64,000 bases of DNA, taken from positions 96,001-160,000 of IMG/VR virus record IMGVR_UViG_3300025770_000006; one strand, given 5' to 3'. The DNA comes from a virus. Below, one piece after another: positions 9,701 to 20,056 of the stretch (positions within the stretch are counted from its first letter, which is position 1; each line of letters begins with the position of its first letter). The notes under the pieces are model-generated. The model worked only from the letters and a program-made list of their open reading frames with translations. It was not told the DNA's origin and searched no databases. Position numbers and translations under genes: made by a program.

Positions 9701-12700
9701 TATTGGTCAAAACACAATACGATTTTCTTTTGAGGTGTCGAGTACGACATCGGTCAAAGTGTCTTATACGACCTTAACCTCTAACGGTGGAGATGGAACA
9801 GTTCGGACATCTAGTGGTATGGTGATCCCTAAATATAAGATTGATAAGGGAGCGACCTCTTTATCTGTTCAAAGAGACTTTACGAGTGTCTTAGGTGTTG
9901 GAGATTTGATTTATGTAGGCACACAGATCTTCAATGTTGGGTCAGTGAGTGCGAGTAGCATTACAGTGAGTCCACCTGCGAGGGTAAATATAGAGTCCGA
10001 GATGATTGCATATCTCAATGTGCCTTCATTCACATATGGAGCAACAACTAGCTCGTATGCCTTTAGAACGGTGAATAATGCGAACATCACGGCAAAGCCG
10101 AAGAGTCCAGACATTTTGATACAGGGAGATTACAGGGACTTTATTAAGGCTCAATCCATTGTGGTTCTTCAAGGAACTCCGTACCGAGTCAAGGTGGTAG
10201 GTCTTGATGACGCAACAGGTATGACCAAAGTTACTATAGAAGGGTTCACTTCTGGTCATGACTTTACATCTAACAACGACTTCCACATTTCTTTTAGACC
10301 TGTTCTTCTTGAGGGTGCTACGAGTCTTACTTTAAATACTGGTATTGTAGACACTGAGAGTTTTCAACTCATCAAGTACAGCCACACAGAGGGTAGGGGT
10401 CGCCTCCTAACTCCTAATGAGGACTACAAGTTCAACTCAGAAGCAGGGTTAATCAACCTCACTAATGGACATGATGTTAGACCTCAAGTCAGTTATTACT
10501 TGCTCCACACAGCTTTGAGTGGTGTCAAGCCTTTTACTCTTTTAGGTGGTCGGGTAAGTAAGCCCACATACAAAGCGATTTTCAATCAATCAACAACGCC
10601 TAAATCTTATGATGGTTTGGGGTTGAATGTCCGTTGTGTTGTTTCCTCACCAGATACATTCCAAATTCGCATAGCAGACGATGATACTTACTCATCAGAA
10701 ATCGCCAATGAGCTTCAACAGAGTCTTAATCAAGGTACAGGTTCTGGAGGTAAGTTGGTCATTTCTTCCCCTACCTCACAGGGTAAGGCGATAGGGATAT
10801 ATGACTTACTAGCGAATGATGTTGTGGCTCGATCAAGGATCAATCTTTACAATGGTTATGTTCAACCTGTGGATGACATCATCTCTACTACAACGGGTAA
10901 AGTGGTGGGCGATGCAGATGGATCATTTAAGTTTAACTTATTGAGTTCGGGTGATTGGATCGCACCAGGTATGGAGGATCACATCACAAGAGAGATTTAC
11001 CCTCGTTATGTGAGCATGGAGTATCTGACTCCTCTTAATCCATTAAACCCTTTTCCAACACCTGAAGATACTATCTTGATTGGAGGAGTACCTCCAGAGT
11101 CGGATCGGTTATCTTTGTTGTTATTACAGCAGAGGGATTTGATCGAGAATGAGATGGATGACTATGTTCTCATAGGTCAAAGGGAGAAGACATCATTCGA
11201 CTTTGGTGCAGGCATTTTAAACTTATATTTGAGATATGATTATATACCTGTCTATCGAGCCATGTGGAAAAGACATAGGTTCAGTCGGTTATTCCCAACA
11301 AGTACGAGAATGTACTCATATCGCTCACCTGGGACACTTAACACCTCAACCAATGGTAATACCATAGCCAATGTTCAAAACAACGCTCTAGGGCAAATAG
11401 AGAACATCACTTCGCTTCCTATGATTAAGCGTAGGTCAGCTAGGTTTAGGGTCTATGACTTCTCTCTTACAGGATTCCCTAGCATAGATGCAGGATCAAG
11501 TGGGAAGCCGACATTTATCCTTTCGGCTTTACCTTTAGATGAGTTCCCTATTAATAGTGCGACTGGTATTGTAGACACCGCACAGTTCATGTCTGAGGGA
11601 GGAGATCTCGCTGATGTTGTTGTGGGTAATGTTGACAGGACATTTAACGGTCTTAATCCTTTATCTAAAATTAAATTAAGTCGTAATGGTGGGGATTTCT
11701 ATCCAATCCTAAACACAGCCCGAACAGCAACTCTTGTGGACTTAGGTTTATTCCCACCTTTAGAGCAAGAAGCACCTCGTAATGCAACGGTTTCTAGTGT
11801 GTTGAAAGGTTGTTTAGTTGTTCTCAATGGGAACGCATTTACATTAAAGATTAATGGTGAGTCTTTGACTAAAAACCCACCTAAGCGTGGAGATACTATT
11901 ATTGAATCTTTCGCTCGTGATCTTGATGATGAAAGTTCACCGAACACTACATTTAGAGTTGGTTCTGATATAGGTCTTAAGAGTAGCACAGGAGAACTGG
12001 TAGATATAAGCCTCCCAAGTTTTAATGACCCCGATTGGCCTATTAAAGAGATAGTCGGTCAGACAGTGCCTAGTGGTAGATTAGCCTTAGAAGGGGTTGT
12101 TGATTTCACATATACTGAAACCACACCGTTCAGATACCCTGCTTTAGACGGAGACTCTTTAGATGACACAGGGGATGAGTCTATACCGTATATGAGCAGA
12201 TTTAATGAGAGGGACTTATTACCTCAAATACCTCCTGCTTTGAATGGACTTCAAGTACAGACCACCAATGCCATATCGGGTGTTGATGAGTATGCTTATC
12301 CAGATGAAGCTAGAGGTACAGCTAGTATCTCGAATGGGATCATCACAACAAGCGAAGATTTCTCTGCTTTGAATGGGATCTGTGAGCAAGCACCAAGACA
12401 GGGTGATCTGCTTATATTGAAGCCCGATTCAAGCGATGCTTCTACAGGTGTCCTTGAGATCGCAACTATTAATGGGTCTGAGATCTTGCCCCCAACATAC
12501 ACTACACCTGGTGCTGTGTCATGTAGGATACCAAACTTGATGGCAGACTTTAGAGAGTTCTCTAATGGTGTTTTCATCGAGGAAGATTGGCCTTTCAACG
12601 CAGTAACTGGTCTCCATGATAGATCCGAGTTGAAGATGTACTTTTTTCAACACTCGATACAAGAACTCTTTGACAACCCACAAGCTGATTTAGAGATCAC

Positions 12701-15700
12701 AGTTCACATTCATAACTTTGATGACAATGTGACAAACCCAAACATAAACGCTCACTCATTTCGTTTTAGATATGACGGAGCTAACTGGGAAGTTGCTTTA
12801 ATAAATGAGCTTACCCCCTCAGAAACTATCGTACCTAATCTCTCAGTTTCAGCTACAGCCCCTAGTGAGCTAACAATCGTTCAAGATCCCGTACCTAACC
12901 CATTCGATCCCTCTACAGAAACTTGGGCAGACTCTGCGGATATGGGATCTTGGCTTTTTGAAGATTATTGGGACGGTGTAAATCACTTCTATAATCCAAT
13001 ACCCCCTATTGGTGGGTCTACTGGATATATATTCACACAACGACAAGGGGGGTCAATGACTCCCTCAAATTATCGCATTTCTGTTAAGAGTAATGCTACG
13101 GTCTTAGATAATCGTGTGGATGTCGTGTTCCCTATGAGCCTCATTCCTCATGCGTTCATACAAGATCCTATTTATGCAGGTGGTTCTAATACAGATCAAA
13201 AACTAATCATTGATGGAACAACGCTAGGGGTTAAAGAGGAAGGCGGAGTTGGAACAGATACAATCACCTCCGATGTGAATGATGGGGATTTTTATTTCTC
13301 GTCTGTTAACGACACAACATTAAGACCACTATCTCTTGACGGTATCACACGGTCAGATGATCCAATGTCAATCTTCATTGGGTCAGAGGTAGATGAGACA
13401 GATACGATTTTACAAGGCACAGCTCGATCTGGACTTGTCAACTCAGCGGGTAATGAAGATAAAGGTAAAGGCATACTTCGTAATGTGTCCCCTACACAGG
13501 GTACAACGGCTCAAGTCCACACAGGTGATCTGCTGTATATTGAGAGTGGTCACAATGCGGGTACACATCGGGTCTTAGATGTCATAGAGACTGATATAAG
13601 CTCAGAGATCACAGAAACTTTGGGGTCAAGCCAAGTCCTACCCGTAGTGTTCCCTAAAGTTGTAAGCCTAGACACAGGCACAAAAGTTTTAACTACAGAT
13701 GTAGCTGATCTCACGCAATACTTTAGCGACCTCAATGCTGGCTCTATCTACATCATATTAAATGATAACTACACTAACACCCCCACTCCAACATTAGACT
13801 CTACTCCAGCTCTCGTTAAAGACCCAGTATTTGGTGTCTCTATTATTAAGGTCGATTACACTAACATCGCAGGGTCAGAGATCACTTTGGATTTCCCATG
13901 TGAATATGCAGATGGAACAGGTATCGCAAACGCTACTGGTTTGAATACGATCTTAGGGAGTTATAACCAAGTCATTGGCGGGGTGAATAAGATACCTTTC
14001 AACTTAGAGGCAACAGGTTTAGCAAGTAATGGTTTATCTGCCTCCTTTGGGGTAGACCTAACCTTACAGATGATCGTAGGTGGTGGTATCGCAGGTTCAG
14101 CAAGTGCTTCAAATACGCCAGCTAATCCATTCTTAGAGACTCAAGTAGTTAGAACCGATAAAGGTTTAGTCTCACACATAACACTAGATGTCAGCGATGC
14201 TAATCTCTATCCAGTCATTACAGATACAGGGAGTCAAACCTACGGTAAGTCTTTCTTATCTCCTAATGACACCATCACCTTAACTGTTAAGTTGGACGCA
14301 GGTCTTTACCTTGATACAACATTCCCTCTACTCCTTAGAGAAGACTATAATGGCACTGCACCCGTTGAGTTTGGTGATGGCACAAGCCAAGTCAGATCCC
14401 CTATACAATCTACCCTAACAAATCTACCCGCATGGGATTGGTATGAGGAAGTCACATTCACTGTTCGCAGACTCAGACGCTTCACAGATGTGTTCTCGAA
14501 GCTCATCTATGCGTTCGAGGGGTTTCGATACCTTTATGAGCAACGAGTTGGTCGAGTAGATAGTGTGGCTTACGCAAATGGTGTGATTACCCTTACACCA
14601 CTCAAGGTTGATGGTGAGGGTGTTGCTGATGTTAATGGTACAGATACACAGGTAGGGGACTTTGCAAATGTTGTGTCTGTAGGAGATCAAGTACAGTGCG
14701 TTAATGCGTCTAACCTTGAGACTCTTTATTTGAGAATCCTTGAAGTTGGTTCTACGCTCAAATGTTCCGCAATCAGAGGTTCAGTCTCCGTTGTTTCCAA
14801 CGGTGATGTTTTTAAGATCATCACTCGTGTTCCTCTTATCCCCGAACTACAAGCGTTCGATCAGTTTATTGAACATGGCTTCACAGAGGTTCATTCTACA
14901 ACGCCACAGGCTGGTATCTCTGTCGGGTTTGAGAATATACTTACAGACACTAACGCTGACTTCATCTCACTTGGTGTAGCAACAGGTGATTTCTTAGTTA
15001 TCGACCCTCAAGGAGAGTTGGCAGGTTCTAACCCGACCGAATATGGATCACCACCTAAAGGAGATAATGGAGATGGTACTGTAGGGTCATCTCATGTTCT
15101 TGATGACAATAGGGGAGCTTACAAGGTGGTATCTGTAGATGATGCTAACACACTTGCTGTTGAGTTTTATGCAGGGGATAGTGGAACTGCTAGAACAACT
15201 TATAAACTCTTGCCCTCTGTTAATGGGGATGACGCTCAACCATTGCGTGAGACTTCTAGTATAGTCGGTAGCTCCTATGCGACAACCAATCACTCGATCC
15301 ATCCATTCTCTTATCGTATCCTTAGACGGAAGACCACTCTTGGGGAGTCGCTTGCAGGTTCGTTCTTGTTCTTTAGGGAGAGGACGCTTTCATGGGTAGA
15401 GGTTATTCGTTCTTTCAACGCACTCCCTACTCAGCCATACACATGGTCGCAATATGAAACCGAGAACTTGATTGATAGCGTAGGTGTTGCAGACCTCAGT
15501 CACCCATCTAATGATCTCTTATTACAAAACATCTTAGGTAATGAAGTTCCCAATCCTTTTGAGAACAATGAAACTTGTTTATCTGTATATGATAGGCGAA
15601 TGTTGATTGAAGACCCGAAGATGGCAGAAGAGGGGTATGGGACACCCGAAGAGGGCATCCCAACGGTGCTTGAAAATGATATATCTTCTATGAACGCTAG

Positions 15701-15818
15701 AGATAATAGGTACGCATGGATTTCTGTTCGTACCGATCAAGTAAACGGCACTCTCTCTAAACTTAGTAGGGTGAATCTTAACAACCCCGATGACACAGCA
15801 TTGGAGGACATCAAATGA
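6699..15818 (+). CDS. very large virion structural protein (baseplate/tail associated), 3039 aa
   Basis: 9.1-kb uninterrupted ORF, beta-rich with recurring GD(L/F)hxI motifs; operon context. Confidence 0.75.
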   Translation: MSKIILDVRSGERNDSTTGLCLRVVDASVVEVDGRWERVGRDLYEIGSSCGAVESYALISSGDGEIGSESVGVSFEKLFEDAIDGVYYYLTNSRVWLSSVRDENGAVLDHFFGGTVVHSVRSDLDTDNLEGTGVCGGLFWWSRNDVSRTRFSYENRGWSLLRGGAGSIVGEVGSEDDIIAGLEGELRIGGGNVAEVSVTVYEIGTEGVFPVVSEGSEEDAFNGGVEGVVLNPSGKVLFKEGSDHVGKEILYISGTLGDFESNVVGEQDYLSPKPRLNERPLLRVAGYGYSDVEFVATEAQLVDAEYGKVKVALDSGRILSSGQPVIYDGLVLCDAPIGVGAGVDGLTPVEKMDIPDGSGLEPSGVASSFDPSGVGLKWDYRYERMYVRLVEAGRTLPVELVERLPKRLSVHRGYLVQGTTSVVLSRAWSNQTKKIFGGHVALNRGGLKHMSILRLTGTGSFKVDGAVVSFTGENVVGSGVSVVDGYLVVDSGSIVDHPSTTEEFESLRSIGLVPSSSLETGLEFVLTRSSVKGYYSFDEEKVADISGSTAFQFLQFEPRVDFSGYESGKFFKIGDKVLGDTDIEPAFGGNPNGFHWIVGRTVSSKVNQETSRLALGAGLRVGTTSITITQEQMNGSISTQPLTEGVDYDLPSDGLEGQARLISRLGSEVLSGQKVGSLVGVDLDLSVGVDATQVRQGDFFYDGLNYFKIVAITGTVITLSSALGIQLGRWKIYRGYREGLEETETPDPTKVVGEILDDLPVLDRKAVEIYKVYGTLAFDKVLPSSTLFIRKGDDSYPLTVLRDDVLLSPYELSGDHYTSGSYRIKVGEIEYEAGVGHTKEGEVVEKGFTVTDNRVVFESPMGVANSSWVDGEVIFVRKPRSGLVDTAEMDLSLTLTTPFDPDPFDDFLELLANPRFEATSGAISFEDPLEVGVGVEVSYTPTDDPDGVRIIEAMGFVVIQEEATRVNGFEFTYNPTGKEVELLASPTVLVGPEQINAGLYSIGQNTIRFSFEVSSTTSVKVSYTTLTSNGGDGTVRTSSGMVIPKYKIDKGATSLSVQRDFTSVLGVGDLIYVGTQIFNVGSVSASSITVSPPARVNIESEMIAYLNVPSFTYGATTSSYAFRTVNNANITAKPKSPDILIQGDYRDFIKAQSIVVLQGTPYRVKVVGLDDATGMTKVTIEGFTSGHDFTSNNDFHISFRPVLLEGATSLTLNTGIVDTESFQLIKYSHTEGRGRLLTPNEDYKFNSEAGLINLTNGHDVRPQVSYYLLHTALSGVKPFTLLGGRVSKPTYKAIFNQSTTPKSYDGLGLNVRCVVSSPDTFQIRIADDDTYSSEIANELQQSLNQGTGSGGKLVISSPTSQGKAIGIYDLLANDVVARSRINLYNGYVQPVDDIISTTTGKVVGDADGSFKFNLLSSGDWIAPGMEDHITREIYPRYVSMEYLTPLNPLNPFPTPEDTILIGGVPPESDRLSLLLLQQRDLIENEMDDYVLIGQREKTSFDFGAGILNLYLRYDYIPVYRAMWKRHRFSRLFPTSTRMYSYRSPGTLNTSTNGNTIANVQNNALGQIENITSLPMIKRRSARFRVYDFSLTGFPSIDAGSSGKPTFILSALPLDEFPINSATGIVDTAQFMSEGGDLADVVVGNVDRTFNGLNPLSKIKLSRNGGDFYPILNTARTATLVDLGLFPPLEQEAPRNATVSSVLKGCLVVLNGNAFTLKINGESLTKNPPKRGDTIIESFARDLDDESSPNTTFRVGSDIGLKSSTGELVDISLPSFNDPDWPIKEIVGQTVPSGRLALEGVVDFTYTETTPFRYPALDGDSLDDTGDESIPYMSRFNERDLLPQIPPALNGLQVQTTNAISGVDEYAYPDEARGTASISNGIITTSEDFSALNGICEQAPRQGDLLILKPDSSDASTGVLEIATINGSEILPPTYTTPGAVSCRIPNLMADFREFSNGVFIEEDWPFNAVTGLHDRSELKMYFFQHSIQELFDNPQADLEITVHIHNFDDNVTNPNINAHSFRFRYDGANWEVALINELTPSETIVPNLSVSATAPSELTIVQDPVPNPFDPSTETWADSADMGSWLFEDYWDGVNHFYNPIPPIGGSTGYIFTQRQGGSMTPSNYRISVKSNATVLDNRVDVVFPMSLIPHAFIQDPIYAGGSNTDQKLIIDGTTLGVKEEGGVGTDTITSDVNDGDFYFSSVNDTTLRPLSLDGITRSDDPMSIFIGSEVDETDTILQGTARSGLVNSAGNEDKGKGILRNVSPTQGTTAQVHTGDLLYIESGHNAGTHRVLDVIETDISSEITETLGSSQVLPVVFPKVVSLDTGTKVLTTDVADLTQYFSDLNAGSIYIILNDNYTNTPTPTLDSTPALVKDPVFGVSIIKVDYTNIAGSEITLDFPCEYADGTGIANATGLNTILGSYNQVIGGVNKIPFNLEATGLASNGLSASFGVDLTLQMIVGGGIAGSASASNTPANPFLETQVVRTDKGLVSHITLDVSDANLYPVITDTGSQTYGKSFLSPNDTITLTVKLDAGLYLDTTFPLLLREDYNGTAPVEFGDGTSQVRSPIQSTLTNLPAWDWYEEVTFTVRRLRRFTDVFSKLIYAFEGFRYLYEQRVGRVDSVAYANGVITLTPLKVDGEGVADVNGTDTQVGDFANVVSVGDQVQCVNASNLETLYLRILEVGSTLKCSAIRGSVSVVSNGDVFKIITRVPLIPELQAFDQFIEHGFTEVHSTTPQAGISVGFENILTDTNADFISLGVATGDFLVIDPQGELAGSNPTEYGSPPKGDNGDGTVGSSHVLDDNRGAYKVVSVDDANTLAVEFYAGDSGTARTTYKLLPSVNGDDAQPLRETSSIVGSSYATTNHSIHPFSYRILRRKTTLGESLAGSFLFFRERTLSWVEVIRSFNALPTQPYTWSQYETENLIDSVGVADLSHPSNDLLLQNILGNEVPNPFENNETCLSVYDRRMLIEDPKMAEEGYGTPEEGIPTVLENDISSMNARDNRYAWISVRTDQVNGTLSKLSRVNLNNPDDTALEDIK

Positions 15819-16024
15819 GTAATGAAAATAAATGGACTAGAACACCCGAAGAGCCAAACCTTAATGGCACAGAGGTAGGGAAGCTCTTAGATAACTTAAA
15901 GACGCTTCAAGCACACTACGAGGGTAAGCTACAAGGGGATTTAGGTAACTTAGCTGTTCTTGAACAAGCACTCGCTAAGTGGGAACTACAAAAAAGAAAT
16001 AGAAAGGTAGACCCCAATGGCTGA
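15815..16024 (+). CDS. small coiled-coil protein, 69 aa
   Basis: ATGA overlap, GGAGG RBS. Confidence 0.7.
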   Translation: MSNENKWTRTPEEPNLNGTEVGKLLDNLKTLQAHYEGKLQGDLGNLAVLEQALAKWELQKRNRKVDPNG

Positions 16025-18467
16025 GGACAACCCCACTTTTACCGTCAAAGCTCCAGGCTTTAACACTTGGGGTAATGTCGGTATTTCAAAAGACAACGAT
16101 TTTTATAAGCTCTTAGACGAAACCAAAGAGAAAACGGATGCTGTCTTTGAGGTCGTCAATCTTGTTTTTGATCTAGTCAACTCTGCGTTAGATTTTATTG
16201 CTTCCCTACTGATTGACTTCACTAATCCTTTGAAGCCCATCATTGAAGCAATCATCGCTTTCTTAGACTCTTTTATCTCTGACCTTCGCAACTTTGGCTG
16301 GTATCTTACTTACGATAAAAAACAGTTTAAAAACCCAGCTGAAAAACTACTCGGTGGATATCCTGCATTTGAAAGTCGAATAATTGAAAAGCTGTTAAAG
16401 ATCAAAGATCCTACTCGACCTAACTTCTCTCCCGAAAGTAAAGTGTTCGCAATGACCTTCTTTGCAGGAGCAGACGCATCATCACTAGGTGCGATTATTT
16501 CGGCTATAAAGAAGTTACTTAAACTTTTCCTCACCCTTAAAGGTCCGAGCGATAAGGCTGAAGCCCCCATCAACTTACAGGTCGGTTATTACAATGATGT
16601 TGTAGGTAGCATCGAGATACCAAATGTGTATAAACCCGATGGGGTAAGGGTTAAATGGAATCTACCTCCCCCTCCCTCAACAAATAAGATCCTGCCCAAG
16701 TCGTTCATACTACCAGATTATTTCTTATTCTCTGTGGCTACTCGACAGGCAACCGAACGAATCGCTTACATCAACAGAAAACCGAGAGATCCTTATGATG
16801 AGGTGGGTATAGACGCATTCGGACCAGAAAAGTCTACCGTTCAAGAATTAATAGGGGATCTAGACGCTAGACTATGGCCTCTCATCAAGACTGACAGTGA
16901 GTTCACTAAGCTCGATGAGTCTAAAGTTCTTGAACGACTTGATCAGATGCCCGATGGGATTGGCACTCTAGGGTCGTTCATCTTAAAGGGAGATGATGAC
17001 TATTACCTCAACAAGATTGGAGAGGAGAAAATCTCTGATGTTTATAGGTGTTTCGTATATGGAAGTGGTGGGGGAGCATTGTTTGGAGACAATGACTTCT
17101 CTTTCGACATCCCCCTAGAATCCCTAAAGATCAATGACAGTTTAGCGTCAGAGTATTTCATCACGATATATTCTCTCACAATGGAATCAAACGACTATGA
17201 CTCTATATCTAAGAAAAAGAAGGATCTGCCAAGTGGGGGGCTGAACATAAGAGTAGGCACACACGAACTAGTAGAAACAGGCGAATTTCTTATTAATAAG
17301 CCGTGGGGGAACAAATATTATCTAGGGATAGAAGCTGGAGAACTGTCTAAGCCCTCAGCCACAGTAGTAGTTAAAAGCCCATCTGAGATACGAGAAAAAT
17401 ACCTCAAAGCAGTTAAGTTTTATTTCCTCGCTCACTTATTGGCACAGCCATATATTGAAAGCCACAAAGCAAAACTTGGGTATGAAAATCCTGTGGGTAA
17501 AGAGGAAACACTCTTAAAAGAGTTCGCAGAAAGCATCGAAGGAAAACATCTCCATCAAAATAAGCAGAGTCGTAAAGTATTTGCTTTAGGTATCCAAGAA
17601 TGGCTAAGAAAGATCATGATTAGGTTTAAGGAGGGTATGCCCTCAGATGCGACTCTTAGGTCTTTATCTAATAGCCTAGATAAGATCAACAGTTTCCCTC
17701 TTGACTTGGAGGTGCTGGTAAAGAATGAGGTAGAAGGAGAGCATCATGATTTAGATCTTTATCCAGATCTTAGGTCGGTTCTAGATAGCATCAAAAACAT
17801 TGAAATAGAACAGGAACTTATAACTTCTAACTACGATGGAGTTGCACAGTTCATGTATGCAGGTACTAAACCAAAGTATAAGGCTTCAGACTTCATGCAC
17901 GATAAATGGCCAGAGAGTAAACAACCTGTGATCTTTGACGATGCCATGACTGGGTTTGTAGGTCACCTCATCTTCCACAAAGAGTTCAGAGAAACATTCA
18001 GACTCGCACAAAGAGTGGTGACCCTAAGCCCTCCTTCTGTTGGAGGAGGGGAATGGCTAAACCAACGACCTTTTAGAGACTCCGACCTAAGTGCTTTGAC
18101 TAACTTTATAGACACAGTTAAAAAGTACATGGAAGGATTTCTTAAAGGTCTTGAGGGGATTGTCGCTCAAATACTGAAGTTCATCCATATGTTGAAAACT
18201 AGGATAGCTCAAGTGCAGGCGATCATAGCGAGAATAAAAGCTCTCATAGACTTAATACTGAGCTTCAGATTTCCTGCTGGTCTATATGGCACATTCCATT
18301 TAGCTGATGGTACAGCGGGTCTTGTTTCAGCATTACAACAGTCCGAAGATAAGCCCGACATAGGTACTAGTGGTTATGGGACTGGTGTAATGGTGGTTGC
18401 AGGTGGTGTTCCTACTATACTTATTGATTTTTTGATCGCCCTTATGGGTGGAGAGGGAGAGGAATAA
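16017..18467 (+). CDS. putative virion protein, 816 aa, with amphipathic N- and C-terminal helices and an Fn3-like segment
   Basis: ORF in the structural operon; APINLQV...VRVKWNLP. Confidence 0.7.
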   Translation: MAEDNPTFTVKAPGFNTWGNVGISKDNDFYKLLDETKEKTDAVFEVVNLVFDLVNSALDFIASLLIDFTNPLKPIIEAIIAFLDSFISDLRNFGWYLTYDKKQFKNPAEKLLGGYPAFESRIIEKLLKIKDPTRPNFSPESKVFAMTFFAGADASSLGAIISAIKKLLKLFLTLKGPSDKAEAPINLQVGYYNDVVGSIEIPNVYKPDGVRVKWNLPPPPSTNKILPKSFILPDYFLFSVATRQATERIAYINRKPRDPYDEVGIDAFGPEKSTVQELIGDLDARLWPLIKTDSEFTKLDESKVLERLDQMPDGIGTLGSFILKGDDDYYLNKIGEEKISDVYRCFVYGSGGGALFGDNDFSFDIPLESLKINDSLASEYFITIYSLTMESNDYDSISKKKKDLPSGGLNIRVGTHELVETGEFLINKPWGNKYYLGIEAGELSKPSATVVVKSPSEIREKYLKAVKFYFLAHLLAQPYIESHKAKLGYENPVGKEETLLKEFAESIEGKHLHQNKQSRKVFALGIQEWLRKIMIRFKEGMPSDATLRSLSNSLDKINSFPLDLEVLVKNEVEGEHHDLDLYPDLRSVLDSIKNIEIEQELITSNYDGVAQFMYAGTKPKYKASDFMHDKWPESKQPVIFDDAMTGFVGHLIFHKEFRETFRLAQRVVTLSPPSVGGGEWLNQRPFRDSDLSALTNFIDTVKKYMEGFLKGLEGIVAQILKFIHMLKTRIAQVQAIIARIKALIDLILSFRFPAGLYGTFHLADGTAGLVSALQQSEDKPDIGTSGYGTGVMVVAGGVPTILIDFLIALMGGEGEE

Positions 18468-19435
18468 TGAGCTTCGGTTGGAACTGTATGTTTCGTAAAG
18501 GACAGTGGCTAGAGTTTAGACGCTTTGTCCTTCTTCAAAGACAGAATGTAGGTTATCGTATCAACTACATAAATAAAGAGATTAGTCATATAGGAGAAAT
18601 ACGCATCTCTTATGAAAAGGTAGGTGAAGGCGAGGATCAAAGAGTAACAGAAAAAAGAGTGGGTCTTGAAGTTGGCGTGAACTCGGTTCTCGGCAAACTC
18701 TTAAAAGCATATATCGCACAGGGTGGAAATCCTTTTGACATCTCTATGTTTTTAAAGCCAGATTCTTATCAATGGGTAGAGAGAGAGGTAGAGGCAAGTA
18801 GTGAGCAAGGTACAGTCACTGACTCTCAAGGGAACACACAAAATGTGTATAAAAGTTATGATCTGCCCTATGGTGGTACTTTGTGGCCTAGAACAGCAAC
18901 GGCTGAAGAATCCGAACAAGTAGACACATCGGGTTGGTTACCTCTACTAAAGTATCCAGGGTGGAGACTAGGTGGTAGTAATAAAAGCATTTACCCTAGA
19001 GCCGATGAGATAGGTGGGGTGATCTACCATGCTCGTAAATGGGCGACACAAGAAATATCTCATTTAAGGAACAACCTAGAAGCGAGGATCATCAAGCTCT
19101 GTGATTTAAGAGAACAACTCTTAATTGAGAGGGATGATCTCTTATTTAACGCTCTTTCTGGCACTGCGTCTAAACTAGCTCCTTATGATCCTAACATACA
19201 ACTTGATGAGGTACATCTTTCACACATCGTGACCAACATAGATCTCAACTACTTTGAGGCTATGGATCAAGAACAGATAGATCAGATTGAAGGCCCTCCT
19301 GCTCCGAACACTGTTGACCGAGTTGCTTCAAGCGTACCCGACTTTAGCAAACTGAGGGATCGAGGACCAGAACCTTATTATAAATCGTTGCTTGACGATT
19401 ATGAGAATGGTGAAGAAGATAACACAGCTCTATGA
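18467..19435 (+). CDS. putative virion protein, 322 aa
   Basis: TAATG coupling with the upstream gene. Confidence 0.7.
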   Translation: MSFGWNCMFRKGQWLEFRRFVLLQRQNVGYRINYINKEISHIGEIRISYEKVGEGEDQRVTEKRVGLEVGVNSVLGKLLKAYIAQGGNPFDISMFLKPDSYQWVEREVEASSEQGTVTDSQGNTQNVYKSYDLPYGGTLWPRTATAEESEQVDTSGWLPLLKYPGWRLGGSNKSIYPRADEIGGVIYHARKWATQEISHLRNNLEARIIKLCDLREQLLIERDDLLFNALSGTASKLAPYDPNIQLDEVHLSHIVTNIDLNYFEAMDQEQIDQIEGPPAPNTVDRVASSVPDFSKLRDRGPEPYYKSLLDDYENGEEDNTAL

Positions 19436-19752
19436 TTTCTCTTGCTACAAATAAAATCGACTTCAAAAGAGGATGGTCTGATAAAGCCTTAGATGCGTTT
19501 CAAAAAGGCAAATGTAATATGTGTCTCATGTATTTCTCTGTAGGATTAATAGAGAGTGGATTCAAAAAGAACGGAGAGTATGCTGGAATGGAGCGTTGGT
19601 ATTTAGCTGATACGGATATCTATATCTTAGTTAATACAAATACTTCCACTTGGGGATTCAATAATCATAGTCACTACCTCATAAAGGATTCTAAAGACTT
19701 CTTCGACATCATTCGGAAAGTTTGGGATGAGAGGACCAAACCTGTCGAATAG
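19432..19752 (+). CDS. hypothetical protein, 106 aa
   Basis: ATGA overlap. Confidence 0.6.
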   Translation: MISLATNKIDFKRGWSDKALDAFQKGKCNMCLMYFSVGLIESGFKKNGEYAGMERWYLADTDIYILVNTNTSTWGFNNHSHYLIKDSKDFFDIIRKVWDERTKPVE

Positions 19753-20056
19753 TTACTAATACAAGATCTCCGTTCTCTCGAAAGCGACTACGAAGAGTCC
19801 AAGCCATGTCTAGCGACTGATGGCTTTCATCATCACTGACAAATAAAACTTTACATTGAGTGTCTGTGCTAAACTTCACATAGATTAAAATTTGTCCCTT
19901 ACACCCTTTCATGATGTATTCTTTAGGTGAAGCACTTTGCGTTATAGCAAACCCACAATCCGACAACACTTCTTTAAGGTAATCCCATGAGTGTATGTGA
20001 GGATTAGGATGCTCACATTTACGCTTACCATTTATTCTCTGTGTGAACATCGCCAT
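19709..20056 (-). CDS. hypothetical protein, 115 aa
   Basis: ORF track; N-terminus (FTQRINGK...DCGF) weakly resembles the partial ORF at 1..127. Confidence 0.5.
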   Translation of the reverse strand: MAMFTQRINGKRKCEHPNPHIHSWDYLKEVLSDCGFAITQSASPKEYIMKGCKGQILIYVKFSTDTQCKVLFVSDDESHQSLDMAWTLRSRFRENGDLVLVTIRQVWSSHPKLSE

